Assembly (NCBI GenBank): GCA_028023455.1 | Contig: JAQFVV010000005.1 | Location: 18,414,001-18,478,000 of the forward strand | DNA: 64,000 bases | Direction of reading: 5' to 3' | DNA from: Epiperipatus broadwayi | Taxonomy: Eukaryota; Animalia; Onychophora | In this document: one piece after another, positions 52,090 through 64,000 of the stretch | How positions within the stretch are numbered: the stretch's first letter is position 1 | Layout: the number at the start of each line of letters is the position of its first letter | The notes under the pieces: model-generated | The model's input: only the letters and a program-made list of their open reading frames with translations | What the model was told of the DNA's origin: nothing | The model's database searches: none | Made by a program: the position numbers and the translations under genes

Positions 52090-53779
52090 TATTGGATGAG
52101 TAGGCATTAGATAGGGATTTTATGCACAAGCCTTCTGGCATCCATTGATTACTCTGTTTAGCACAGGTGGCAATACTGTATGGAGAGTTTTGCTCTGTTT
52201 ATTATAGAATATCATGACGATGACAACTACAATTTATTGTTAATAATGAAGTCAAGTGCCACCAATCATTATGGTTAGAGATCCATACACATATATACCC
52301 ATTGGAAATAAATTTATGTAATACATTAATGTATAAATATGGATGTTAATAATATATTTTATCATCATTCATCATTCAAAATCAAATTGCACAAATCTAC
52401 TAATGCAAATTGAGCTACAATGTATTTTTCAGGAAGAACAAATTTAAATAACTTTTACTCATCGTAAATTAAACTCAAACAATAGTCACTGCAAAATTTA
52501 AATGATGATGGAGCACAAAATTTGGAGTTTAAGGGAACATAATTCATGCATGAAAAATATAAAATGTCTTTAAAAACATCAAATTATTATGAGAGAATCC
52601 ATTCACAAAAGTCTGTTCATCTAACATTAGTCAAAACAGGGGTATCAAAAGTAGTAAATTTCATATTTTAATGCTATCATTCCTAATATCATTATATATT
52701 TGTTGACTAACTAAAATGATTAAATTCAGTAAATAAAAGCTTTTATTTCACACTTATAATCCCTCTTCCCCATCAAGCCAATCTCATATTGAACACCTTA
52801 TATACTTGTGCACATACAGTATATACATATGCAAAAAACCACAATTTTATTTATTGAAATAACAGACATATGAGTCATAAGTCATTTTCAACTTTTTATT
52901 ACTTAATACAGTAATACACGTAACAGTTATACAAAAAGAATTATATACAATTTACAGAATTCATACTAACCCTGAATCACCTACCCGATCATTATTCACC
53001 CCATTCATAAAAAATGTAATCAAATAATTTATTGCTTGGAAATTCATAAGAATGGCAGAACTGGATCATGGGCCTTGACAAAATCAAGACTTAAAAAATT
53101 ACTGGATTGAAGCTCAGTCTGTCACTTTTGGAATTTGAATGTCATATGAATTCATGGGCAATTGTCTATGCAATCATTATTACCCCAGATTTGAGTAACT
53201 TATTCTGGGAAGAAATCATAAGCCAAAATCAAATTGCTTCTGAAATATATAGCTTAGTATCTTCTGGGAAAATATGTAACTAACAGATGATTGTAGCCTT
53301 ATATGGAAAACATTTCATGTCAAACAAATAATGAAAATGAAAGGAGGATAGACTAATATGAATGTCCTTATGTTCACCCAGACTGAACCAGAAGAAATAA
53401 TAATTCAATTCATTTTATTTACCATACATCACTATAGCATTAAGCCAATTACAGAATTGCACCATAATTAATATATAATAATATAAATAAACAAGTATAA
53501 ATATTGAATCTACTTATCATATTTTCTTATAAGATTAATAACAGTTTTTTTAAAAATCTAATACAAAAGTATTTTCATTAATAAAATCATGATTATAAGT
53601 GTTAGGCAAATGAAACAAAGGTGAAGATTTTAATATGTTAGAGTAACAAACCTCAAAGTAAAATAAATTAGATATGTGTATTATTGAGTGACAAGGTTAT
53701 ATAAGCATTTGAGATCTCTAATCTTTCTTTTAACAGATTGGATATATAATAATTATTTAGCATAATATTTTGAAAATTT

Positions 53780-54540
53780 TTCATACACTAATTGAATTCT
53801 GGTAATATCTCATTTGGAACTTGGGTTCCAAACAACAGATTTATATTCCAAAATTAGCAGAATCAAAGTGAGAAAAAAATTATACTTTGTAGAGTTAATA
53901 AATTGTCTACTGTGCCTTAAAATCACATCCATAATTTTAAATGCTTTCTTTACCATAGTTTCAATGTGATGGTGAAATGACCCACTGTTAGCAAAAATAA
54001 TGCCAAGATCTTTCTGTACATCAACTAAATTTATTTTATGGACTTCAATATAATATGGACAGTTAAAGATTTCAGATTTTCTGGAAAAAGAAACAGTTGA
54101 ATAGTTATCCATATTAATATACACATTATTTTTACACCATTTCACAAAATTGTTAATATCTTTTTGTAAAAGTATGTAGTCAGTAATTGAGTTAATATTC
54201 CTAAATATTTTACAATCAAGTTGTGAAAATCCCAAATTTACTCCTAAATCATCTAAATAAATGTGAAATAATAACAGTGCAAGGATACTGCCTTGAGGTA
54301 CTCCTAGATTGCAATAGTATGCATTAGAAAATTTGTTATTAAATTTGGCATAAGCCATTCTTTCCCTAATAAAAGATTCAAATCATAGTATCAAATTATA
54401 AGAAAAATTAATTTGCACATTTTATGAAGCAATATAAAATGGTCAACTTTATCAAATGCTTTGGAGAGATCAAAATAAACAACATCTAGATGGTACTGAT
54501 GCTCAAAAGCATTAACAATATGACCAGTTACTGTCAACAA
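53780..54540 (-). mobile_element. CR1/Jockey-like LINE RT fragment
   Basis: DVVYFDLSKAFDKVDH (~54420-54495) and GVPQGSILALLLFHIYLDDL (ORF 53810-54358). The YADD region is deleted. Confidence 0.88.
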
Positions 54541-55060
54541 TAACAATAAATAACAATACCAACAACAATATATTAGAGATGAGTTTTACAATGACAATGC
54601 AAACAAATATATGATCCACTGATACATTCATATCTAGAATATATTGGTTCATGATTCTGTATATTTCCTATTTGTAATTCAGTCTTTTAAATTGTTCTTT
54701 TAAAAATATTTGAATATCATGTCTAATTCTCATTCACCAATATATTCTATTCTATGCCATGTCTCCCTAATGAAAACAATCAACAGTGCACTTCTTTAGA
54801 ATGTCTTTAAGATAATAATATAAACAGGGTCTATTTCTCTTTTGAAAATCACTCAAATTTACCACAAAATATTCTTTTAGAAAGTCTTGAATTACTTACA
54901 CATATGTCTAATCAAACAAAGATATAATTTTACAATAGCAGATAACATATTAATGGATATATAAAGTTAAGTATTTCAGAGTATGGATATATTTCAATGC
55001 CTAAGATCAACACCTAACTTTACATATGGTATTTGGGAAAGATCTTAATCTGATAATGTA

Positions 55061-55241
55061 TACATTATTTTAAACCAATAAACTTCATATGATCACCATT
55101 TCTCATGCTTGCTCTTAACTGTTATTAAAACAGGCAAAACTCTCTATGGGGATTTTATGCACAAGCCTTCTGGGATCCATTGATTACTCTGGCTTGTACA
55201 GAGTGGCAATACATAGGCCTGTTTTAATTACATTATATTAA
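55061..55241. mobile_element. Short family B fold-back insertion (3'-end fragments only)
   Basis: TSD TACATTAT(T/A)TTAA at 55061-55073 and 55229-55241. Minus 3' end ~55074-55145 is joined to a plus fragment ~55146-55228. Confidence 0.8.
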
Positions 55242-55427
55242 CAGAATTATAATATCTTTTTTATGTATATAATAAATGTATTTATGAGAATGAGGAATAG
55301 TTGTGGTTTCTATAAATTCTCAAGCAGTTATTTTTCTGCCAATAAAACTGTAATAAATATTTTGTAAAAATTATTATTTTATTAACAAGATTTATTACCA
55401 GTGAGTTAAAACACCTTGTGACTTAAG

Positions 55428-55769
55428 CTTCTTAATAGTGCCAATAAACATCACATGACCACCACCTCTTATGCTTGTGTATAACTGTTGTTAAAACAGG
55501 CAAAACTCACTATATGTATTGCCACACACAGCAAGCTAGAGTAATCAATGGATGCTAGAAGGCTTGTGCATATCTAGGTGCAGTGCTCTCAGATCCGAGG
55601 CTCCTCACTGACGAAGGCCGCAAGCCAGAAAATAGTCTGGGGATATTGGATGAGTAGGCACTAGATGGGGGTTTTATGCACAAGCCTTCTGGCATTCATT
55701 GATTACTCTATCTTGCGGTGTGTGGCAATATGTATAGTGAGTTTTGCCTGTTTTAACTTCTTAATAGTG
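55428..55769. mobile_element. Family B fold-back insertion with hammerhead and 13-bp TSD
   Basis: TSD CTTCTTAATAGTG at 55428-55440 and 55757-55769. Core at 55602-55643: tcctca-CTGACGA-aggccgcaagcca-GAAA-atag-TC-tgggga. Confidence 0.9.
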
Positions 55770-56771
55770 ACGAGTTTCAGAGCTAAAAGTTGCTAGAACT
55801 CAATTTGATGCTGCTTCTGGTTTCTTTTTTTTATTTTTTGACGCCATTTTAAATTTATCTAAATTTATATTTTTAAAGAATGATTAAATAAAAATGGTAG
55901 AGGTTTGTCAAAAGATAGTTACATAAAAAGATGTGGAATGATATTTGTCAAAATGATGATTACATAGTAGAATGTTTCTGGATATTGTTTGCTAATGAAT
56001 TAATTGGTATAAAATGGAAAGATAAAAAGCCTTGCATTTTAAACAACATTGTAAAACATTCTTCTATTAATAAAAGAATATTAGTATTTGAAATGTTAAA
56101 TTATAATCAAAATACAAATATTTATTCAAAAGATCAAACTTAAGTTAGTATAGCAATCTTCTAAAGAAAACAAAGCTTCAATATTAGCCATATTTTGTAT
56201 ACTAATGGAGTACAAGGGGTTAGATAATAGTAAGAGAAAACATCATTATCATCATCATAAACTTTAAACCAAAAGCCTGTAGATTTCCAATGCTTTTCTA
56301 ACTAACTTCAGTTTTTTTCTATTTTTGCAAAAATGTTGAAAGTAATTATAAATTAATTTCTCACTTTTCTTTAATATCATCTTTTCATACTCTATGGAGT
56401 TTTTTTTGTTGTTTTTGATTCATGCAATATTAAAAATTATGTCTTTTGGTTTCTGTTTATCATTCATTTTGCATATGTGATTATGTAAATGTGTTGAGTC
56501 TTGTCTATAATTTTCTTCAGTAAAATTTTCTTCTGAATCACATTTTTGTAAACTTTTAGCCTTCATCAAATTTCAATAACTTTGTATAATATCCTTTCAA
56601 ATACCAATATACTTCTCACTGAATTTTTTGTAGTCATTCTTATTTCATGCCCTTATACTATATTAATAAATATGGATGTGTCCAGTAATTTGTTTTGTAA
56701 TCTGATGCCTTTGTTTTTCTGAGTCCTATCCATGACTTAAAATATGTCCTAGTGAAATAAAATGGATGCTT

Positions 56772-57163
56772 CTCTCCAAGATGTCTGCAGTACCATCTCT
56801 CTATAAACCCTACTGTTCTATAGCATCATAGATTATTCACCACAAATTTTTTTATCTGGATCATGAGAAATGACATGAACTGTAACAGTATGTTTCTTCA
56901 TAGATTATCTTAATAGCTCTCTGAAATCTTGCAAACCATTTGAAAACAGTTTAATAGTTTTGCTAATTTTAAAACAAAGTTTAGTTTTAATGTATTGTTC
57001 CATTGTGGGTTAAAGTACAGAACCCAGTGCCAGATTTCATGTTGTTACTCAATAATCTAGTCATGTTAGCATCTTAAAATTTTTGTGGTGAATAGCTAAA
57101 CTACATCTTATGCAGCACATACATCTATTGATTCAGAGACAGAACTGCAGACATCTTGGAGAG
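56772..57163. repeat. Old imperfect inverted repeat
   Basis: ctctccaagatgtctgcagt / actgcagacatcttggagag and tattcaccacaaattttt / aaaatttttgtggtgaata. Confidence 0.75.
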
Positions 57164-58419
57164 GAAATCAGACACCAATCATCTTTTCATTAGGACACAT
57201 TGTCTATGTTTTTATTCAAACTAATCTTAATTTTATTTTCATTTGAAAATTGAAATCATTAGTGATATTATTTCCGAAACAGATCAAATTTATATAAAGT
57301 TTTTATTAATTTTGATATTTTTCCATTTCTTTTTTCCCAAAGCACCATTCTTTTTATTTTGGCTATGTTTACATATAAACCATATTTTTTGGTGCCTCTT
57401 TCCTTTTTAAGTGGACTTCAGTGTTTCTCCATTTTCTACATATTTTAATCACTTGATTCTTTAGTTTACCCAATATATGATGAAATTAAAAGGTGTTTAT
57501 CATTCTAGTATCATCTACTATCAACTTGAGTATAAATGGCACAAGAATAATGAGCTGCTATCATATACTGTGTGAACTAAAAAATTAAGTGATGTATTAT
57601 CAGAGAAATTTCTAGACAGAGGAAAAAAATGCCATTGATTAAGATAAAAACTGAAGATACTAGAATGCATACTTAATGAAGCAGGCTCAAATCTGTATAA
57701 TTGTTCAGTGTGTTGATTTGGGTTCAAAACCTTAGGGCATTTTCAATTTCAGACTTTCAGCTTGAATAGCAAAATAAAGTTAAAAATAGTAACTAGGTGT
57801 ATATTTGCATTATTTTCAGCTTTGGTTTTGTAACCCTCATTGATAAAAACAAAAGCCATAAATGTATGTTATGGTAGAGATCTAAATGCATTAACATTTG
57901 GTATATGTTTGTCACTTTCTATTGAGATGTTCTTATTTTATTATATCTGTATCTTCTGCTTATCTTAAATTATATATTCCTATTCCATGCATTGATGTTC
58001 ATGTATTCTTTTTTGTTTGTTTTTATTCATTACTCTTTCCAAATGTGTTATATGTCATTTTCGATTATAAATTAATTTCCAAATTGTCTTCCTGTTCTAA
58101 GTAGCTTCCAAATTATCAAAATATTTTCAAATATCTTTATTATTTGAGATTGTATTAACGATTTACATTTATGTAGAAATATTACATAGTATCATAAATT
58201 TAAATAAAAATTATCAAACAGTTTTTTTTATACACAGTTAATATTATCATGATCATATTTTTAAAAAAAAAATTATACAATTCTCCTAATTTGAATTTAA
58301 AATTTACATCAATAAGTTAGATTACTGTATTATTATTACTGTTAATCTGATGACATGTAATTAATAAAAGAAATATATATTTAATAAATAATAATCTTGG
58401 AGAAGTAAATACGAAATAT

Positions 58420-58910
58420 GTAAACCATGACAATAACTCACAAACCAATCTTATTAATCATTTCGACAAACTTGCAAAGAACATCATCTCATATCAATAC
58501 CTATTTATTATTTAAACAAAAGGGGTCCATTTTTATTTTTTATCTAACTTTGAGTGTTGTTATGCATATAATAAATCAACTATTGATATTTTATATTATC
58601 AATGATATTTTAAAATATCAATCAACCTACTTTTCAAATAACAACCAAGATGTAAATTCTAATAATTTTAATAATACAATGAAAGACAAAGTCTGTTTAG
58701 AATATATGATAATATTTATGGAGAACTAAACTCTAAATGTACAAAACCATAATAATAACTCACCAATAAGACTACTAGAATAATTTTAATAAACTTGCAA
58801 AGAATGACCTCATCTCATATTAATGCCAATTTATTTCAGACAAAAAATGATCTATTCTTATTTAACTTCCTATGCTGTTATATGGATAATAAATTATCCA
58901 TTGACATTTG
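58420..58910 (+). repeat. Old tandem duplication, ~320-bp period
   Basis: aaaccat..aataactcac...aaacttgcaaagaa...catctcatat at ~58422-58495 and ~58743-58820. Confidence 0.75.
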
Positions 58911-60578
58911 AAGGGTGAATTTAAATATTAATGATAATCTTTATAAAGTATGAATCATATAATAAAAATAAATTAAGAAATTAATAATTAATAAACCATA
59001 TAAAATGTAGGGCTGATGATATTATGTCATAAATTGTTCTAGGCAAATGATGAACTAACTGTCTTATATTAAAATTCTACGCAAAATTAAAATTTTGTTT
59101 TTCTTAAAACATATCTATATATTTTCATGTACATTCTTTTAGTTATTCTACCATAAATTCCTATTACTTTTTCCATTCTTTTATTATTTTTTATTTCAGA
59201 TGGAATGATTTTGACAACTTCTTAGGTTCAACACTGAACCAATATCTATCTTCTTTCTCCTAAGATAAAATATTGTACATAGATATAATAAATACACTAA
59301 AATAAAATTTTATTTTGGCACCAAGACAACATTAGATTTAATTTTCAATATACTTATACTGTGCTTATTGCTTGACCTTTATGTGAAGATTCACAATAGC
59401 AATCATCGTCAATTTTTACTCACTCATTATTTTGATTTACAATTGATTATTAACTATAATGATCTTAAAAAAAAAATTAAAAATTTTTGGTGGCCATTTT
59501 GTAATACTGATGATGTCACAGAATAGTTATTAAAGTTATGTCATCAAAAAGCAAAATAATGACATTCATGCTGAAATTGTGCAGTACAGAGTTTATTCAT
59601 TATACACAATACAATACATAATATTACAGTACTGGATACAATATTTTGATTAAAACTTAAAATACAATTAATGAATGTACTGTATTTTATTTAATTTTCA
59701 TCTAGTGTCCTATCAAAACAATCACTGTTTTATTAATGGCCTATCCAAAATGAAGATTCTCACCATTAATGATAATCAAAATCACATTTTGATGATTTAC
59801 TGCAACCAAATATATTAATACAGTATTAAATTTTAAAATATGTACATTAGTTTAAAACTGTACAACCCCTTGAGTCCGAAGAGCCCTGAGAGCCCCTAAA
59901 TAAAAATTTAGACTTTCAACTGAGTTTGGGCGGAATCAGTAAGCAGTACACTTATGGTTCTCAGACCATTCGATCCACCATCTTTTTCCGATTTAATCAT
60001 TTTTATGAATGGTGCTTGGCTTGCGGCAAAAATTATGATCATCGAATTAAGATTTAGTTATCATAATGTTATTTTGAAAAATAATTTTGTGGATTATACA
60101 AGTAATAATGAATATTATATGATCAAAAATTGCTAAATCTAAATTAAAAATAACACATAATTTACTTGTTTATTTTAAAACATCTTGTAATTTGTTTCAG
60201 AATTGCAGATGTTATCGCTAACGTATAAAAATATAGAAACAAAAAAAAAATGCAAATTTCATTCAACATAAAACTAAAATTAAATTTTGATCATATACTA
60301 TTAATATTTAATTTTAAATTGTGTACAGTATAAATATTAGCTAAAGTATTCAGTCAATCAATTTTGGACCAAAATCTTTGTGAATGCTAATTTCAATCAA
60401 ATTGAACCTATTGTATTAGTGTAAACGTATTTGCAGTTTAAAAAAATGTGAGCATGATTTCAAACAATTAATAATAAATTTTGTGTGATGAAAATGCAAT
60501 ACAAATAAAGTGAAAAAGATTCACACTCATTAATATTTATTTAAAAAGTTTGTATCTCTACTTTGAAAAATTTCTAAC

Positions 60579-61155
60579 TCATTTCAAAGAAGTATATTCT
60601 CTTATTTTTCTCCTTCACTTTTTTTGCATATCTTCATATAATCATATATTATTTATAATACTTCACTCATATACACTTTAATGCAATTAATTTTCTTAAA
60701 AACTTCTTTATTTTCTTACAGTTTCGACTGTCCAGCAGTCTTTTTCAGAGCTACAAGATTTGAATAATACAAATACATAATTATCATTTCATATATATAT
60801 ATGCATATATATAGATGTAGATATGGATTATATATTTGTCTAGGGGTGATATAGATTTATATGTGTATATATATGAAGAAAATATATGTGTATATTTTAA
60901 TATATATGTATATATGTATGTGTTTTATATATGTGTGTAAAATGATGGAGATATATATATATATTTGATTTATATAAGATTTATACATATATATGTGAAA
61001 TGATAATTATCTATTTGTATTATTCAAATCTTGTAGCTCTGAAGAAGACTGCTGGACAGTCGAAACTGTAAGAAAATAAAGAAGTTTTTAAGAAAATTAA
61101 TTGCATTAAAGTGTATATGAGTGAAGTATTATAAATAATATATCATTTCAAAGAA
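60579..61155. mobile_element. Family C fold-back insertion with hammerhead-like cores and a 13-bp TSD
   Basis: TSD TCATTTCAAAGAA at 60579-60591 and 61143-61155. Arms ~60644-60795 / 60990-61143 around a TA-rich loop. Core CTGAAGA-a-gactg-ctgga-cagtc-GAAAC-tgta at 61039-61070. Confidence 0.9.
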
Positions 61156-61818
61156 CATGGTGATATCTCATGATCAAAATAATTGACACACCTAGCATAT
61201 TTGAATATAAAGTGTTGTTTGTTTTGATCTGCATAGTACATATTCTAAAAAAAAAAAAACTTCAAATATTGATTACAATATGCAAACATAGAATGTATTA
61301 TATACATTTTTTCCTCTTTTATAATATGCTAGAATTTTATTTTTTTTCAAATTAACTGCATAATTACAATTCTGTAATGTACAGCTCTATAATTTGGCTT
61401 CTTTTACACTGTTAATAAATAAAAGTTTTTATGGTCACAATAGTACAATTAAGTCAGACATTATTAAACATTGTTTTTTAATTCTAAATATTTTCACATA
61501 AATAATATATGATTATGAATTTTTTTTAAAAGACACTTTAGTATGGGCTTTTTTCAGTGCAATAGTTAACAATTTTATGGAAAAATACAAAAACTTGGCA
61601 ACTGAGAGCTATCTCTTTTTCTGTCACTATTTTTTATATGTTTTTATAGTGAAATAATATTTCCTCCCTAATATTATTTAAAAAAAATTTTTTTTTAGAT
61701 TAAGTTACATACATTTTAAATTGGAATCACAACTGATCAAAGAATCATTGCAACCTTCAAGATATGCTAACTTCAATAAATAAGGTAGCATTTTGTCAAT
61801 ATTATGGATAAAGACAGC

Positions 61819-62094
61819 TCACATGGAAGAATATAACTCATCCATTTCTTCTTTCTCCCTCTATATTTTGCTTCTTTTTATATTTCACTATAAACTCATC
61901 AACACTCCTTTAACACTTTATGCAAATAATTTTAAACAGTTTTGACTGTACTAGCAGTCTTCTTCAGATCTTAACTTTCCTTCTACCTTCACCTGAGATC
62001 TGAAGAAGACTGCTAGTACAGTCAAAACTGTTTAAAATTATTTGCTTAAAGTGTTAAAGGAGTGTTGATGAGTTTATAGTGTCACATGGAAGAA
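61819..62094. mobile_element. Family C fold-back insertion with hammerhead-like cores and a 13-bp TSD
   Basis: TSD TCACATGGAAGAA at 61819-61831 and 62082-62094. Arms ~61886-61972 / 61996-62081. Core CTGAAGA-a-gactg-ctagta-cagtc-AAAAC. Confidence 0.9.
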
Positions 62095-62859
62095 CTGACT
62101 AACTAGGAATTGATGCAACTTGAGGAAAAGAAATCAACAAGCTTATAGACAAAAACTTGGCATCAAAACACTGGAAAAAAATTCATTTCACATCAGAGAC
62201 CATTTGAGAGGATTAGAATCACCATCAAATCTTAAAATGTCTTCATTAAATCAATGAATGAGACCTTAAAATATGTTGTATGAAGAAAAAAATCAAAAAA
62301 GCAAAAGCCATTCAGTTTAATTTTTTTCTTTTAGAGATCAATAGCCACCAATACTTTACTTGGTGTATTCCTCCAAAAAACCATGATTATTTAAACGACA
62401 ATTATAGACCTTTAAAATAAGCAACTGATGACTCAGGAAACTGAATGAGGATGAATGTTGAATGTAAGGATTATAAGAAAGAATTACTTTAACCTAAGTT
62501 GGGTTTATATATAGATTTGAGTTGCATTATCTTGCCTGCAATATAGATTTTAAATGTATAACCCTATAATAAGCGTATAGCACGATTTACGTATGCATAT
62601 ACCATACATTAGACTTTTTAAAAAATTATATATACTAGGTTAAATTGTTTGTTAATATAATATTAACAATTTATAACTTAATTTTTATCCGCGGAAAAGA
62701 GCTAAATTCCCCCCCCCCCCATAGAAAACCATTATAACGCTCTTGCTTTTTACATGATTTTCTTACTTTAGAATGAGTTTTGATGGGCCAATTATTCTCG
62801 CTGAGTAAAGTTATAAGTTATTCACAGATTTACATCATACCTATGAGATTGAGTGTATT

Positions 62860-63085
62860 GATAAGGTGTGCAGAGGAGCTCAAGATTCATGGATTCTGGT
62901 CCAATGCTAGCATTTCCAGTACTCAAACTTCTTATAAACGTATGAGCACAAATCATTGATTATTTTCAAAAGCATAGTTTAGCGCAGCGGTAGAGTGACG
63001 AATTCTAGAGCTCGAGACCCATTGGATCATTGGATCACGGGTTAATCTGTGACTTCCGATGTGCGAAATTCTTATAAATTTTTAG
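62860..63085 (+). mobile_element. Two tandem tRNA-like SINE units
   Basis: gagctcaagattcatggattc...caaacttcttataaac, then gcatagtttagcgcagcggtagagtgacg...cgaaattcttataaat. Confidence 0.5.
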
Positions 63086-63771
63086 ATATGAAAATCATTC
63101 GATTATTATAGCAAGTATTTTTTATAATTAAGTACACCAAAATTCTCCCAACGCAGAAAACGTAGCTAACATTTTACTACTTTATATATATTGTACGTAT
63201 TCGTTTTATACGATTTTTTTTTTTAATGCTTCCTAAATATCAAGTAAAACTTGGTGGAATTGTTCTTTGATTTATAAAAGATTTAGAGTATTATTATTAT
63301 CATCATTATTTAGCAGTTAGCCAGCGGCTGTTTGTGGCTGTCTGGTTGTGATTAGTTGTCTCGGGCATTGATTTCTGTAAGCTTTCCAAACTAATATTAA
63401 AAGCCAGATAATAATAAAAGTTAGTTAGGCTGCTGCCCGCCAGCGATAATCTACCACCTAAAAGATTAGCAATAATATTACCTGTTAATAATTGTTTTAA
63501 AAACTAGTTCTGACACTATATTTGAGTACTAAATTTAAACATTTATATATAAAAAACAGAATTATTTGATACCAATAATTAGTTATTAAAAACAGTATTA
63601 TTTTTATTATAATTATTGGATTAGCAGACATAGATAAGTACATATCATGTAAAGGCAGAGCAATGTTAATTTCTTTTTGGATTTTAAATGCTTACACTTT
63701 CTTTTCATACAGCTAAAGGTTGAATTTACTGTTGTCTAACAACTGTAACCTGATAAAAAGCTCGCCCACTT

Positions 63772-63869
63772 GTCAAGCGTTGGTAGCCGAGTGGTTAGCA
63801 CAGCTGCCTTACAAGCAGTTGTCCCGGGGTTCGCTTTCCGGGCGACGCTTTGACACATTAAAAAAAAAA
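63772..63869 (+). mobile_element. tRNA-Gly-derived SINE (plain subfamily, TAC)
   Basis: gtcaagcgttggtagccgagtggttagcacagctgccttacaagcagttgtcccggggttcgctttccgggcgacgctttgacacat followed by poly(A). Confidence 0.9.
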
Positions 63870-64000
63870 GCCCCCCTCCTAGTGTTCTAATTTATGAATA
63901 GATCCAGAGAGAAGACAGATTAATTCATCCATCTCCGCATTCTTTTCTGATCATTGCCCAGATCTTCAATTCCATATAACTCTTCCTAACTTATATCATC

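Larger units (their letters stand above)
51086..52214. mobile_element. Family B composite insertion: 456-bp tandem monomers plus an inverted copy, three hammerheads, one 15-bp TSD
   Basis: TSD TATTATAGAATATCA at 51086-51100 and 52200-52214. Units start at 51101 and 51557. Inversion junction at shared CTAG 51773-51776. Arms ~51139-51580 / 51773-52200 are nearly identical. Confidence 0.95.

Noticed and set aside
9152-61355. Short ORFs in the supplied track (e.g. 9152, 10462, 19198, 23417, 24822, 29284, 32429, 40072, 49526, 57898, 58427, 61170)
   Set aside because: They are low-complexity F/I/L/Y/K products expected in AT-rich DNA, or antisense/off-frame readings of transposon sequence.
31988-62094. 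Palindromes as sequencing or assembly chimeras
   Set aside because: Most are bounded by 12-15 bp TSDs, are asymmetric in a consistent way, and have substitutions between arms. Read-level confirmation is still advisable.
62424-62445. Additional hammerhead at CTGATGActcagGAAAc
   Set aside because: No room for stem II and no stem I.

Overview
Very AT-rich, CpG-poor eukaryotic DNA, probably from an arthropod or other invertebrate (organism not determinable). No intact multi-exon gene is recognisable. The only convincing host-gene trace is a terminal exon of a DEG/ENaC (ASIC/pickpocket-like) channel on the minus strand at about 19.3 kb, which looks damaged. The rest is transposon debris: a decayed Penelope-like element (RT + GIY-YIG, tandem pseudo-LTR, inverted 5' part), Ty3/Gypsy gag with a tRNA-Lys PBS, a Ginger2-type integrase transposon with TIRs, hAT MITEs with 8-bp TSDs, many LINE fragments, eight copies of a tRNA-Gly(TCC)-derived SINE and a second tRNA-like repeat. 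The most striking signal is three unrelated non-coding repeat families (A, B, C) that carry minimal type I hammerhead-ribozyme cores, intact in A and B and partial in C. They sit mostly as head-to-head fold-back insertions. At seven B and C loci, plus one core-less hairpin, the fold-back is flanked by a 12-15 bp target-site duplication, with a complete 3' end on one side and an inverted copy stopping short of the 3' end on the other. One locus (51086-52214) holds a 456-bp tandem monomer plus its inversion inside a single 15-bp TSD. This suggests retrozyme-like, Penelope-mobilised elements integrating by twin priming on multimeric or circular RNA; the mechanism is inference. All coordinates and folds were read by eye.
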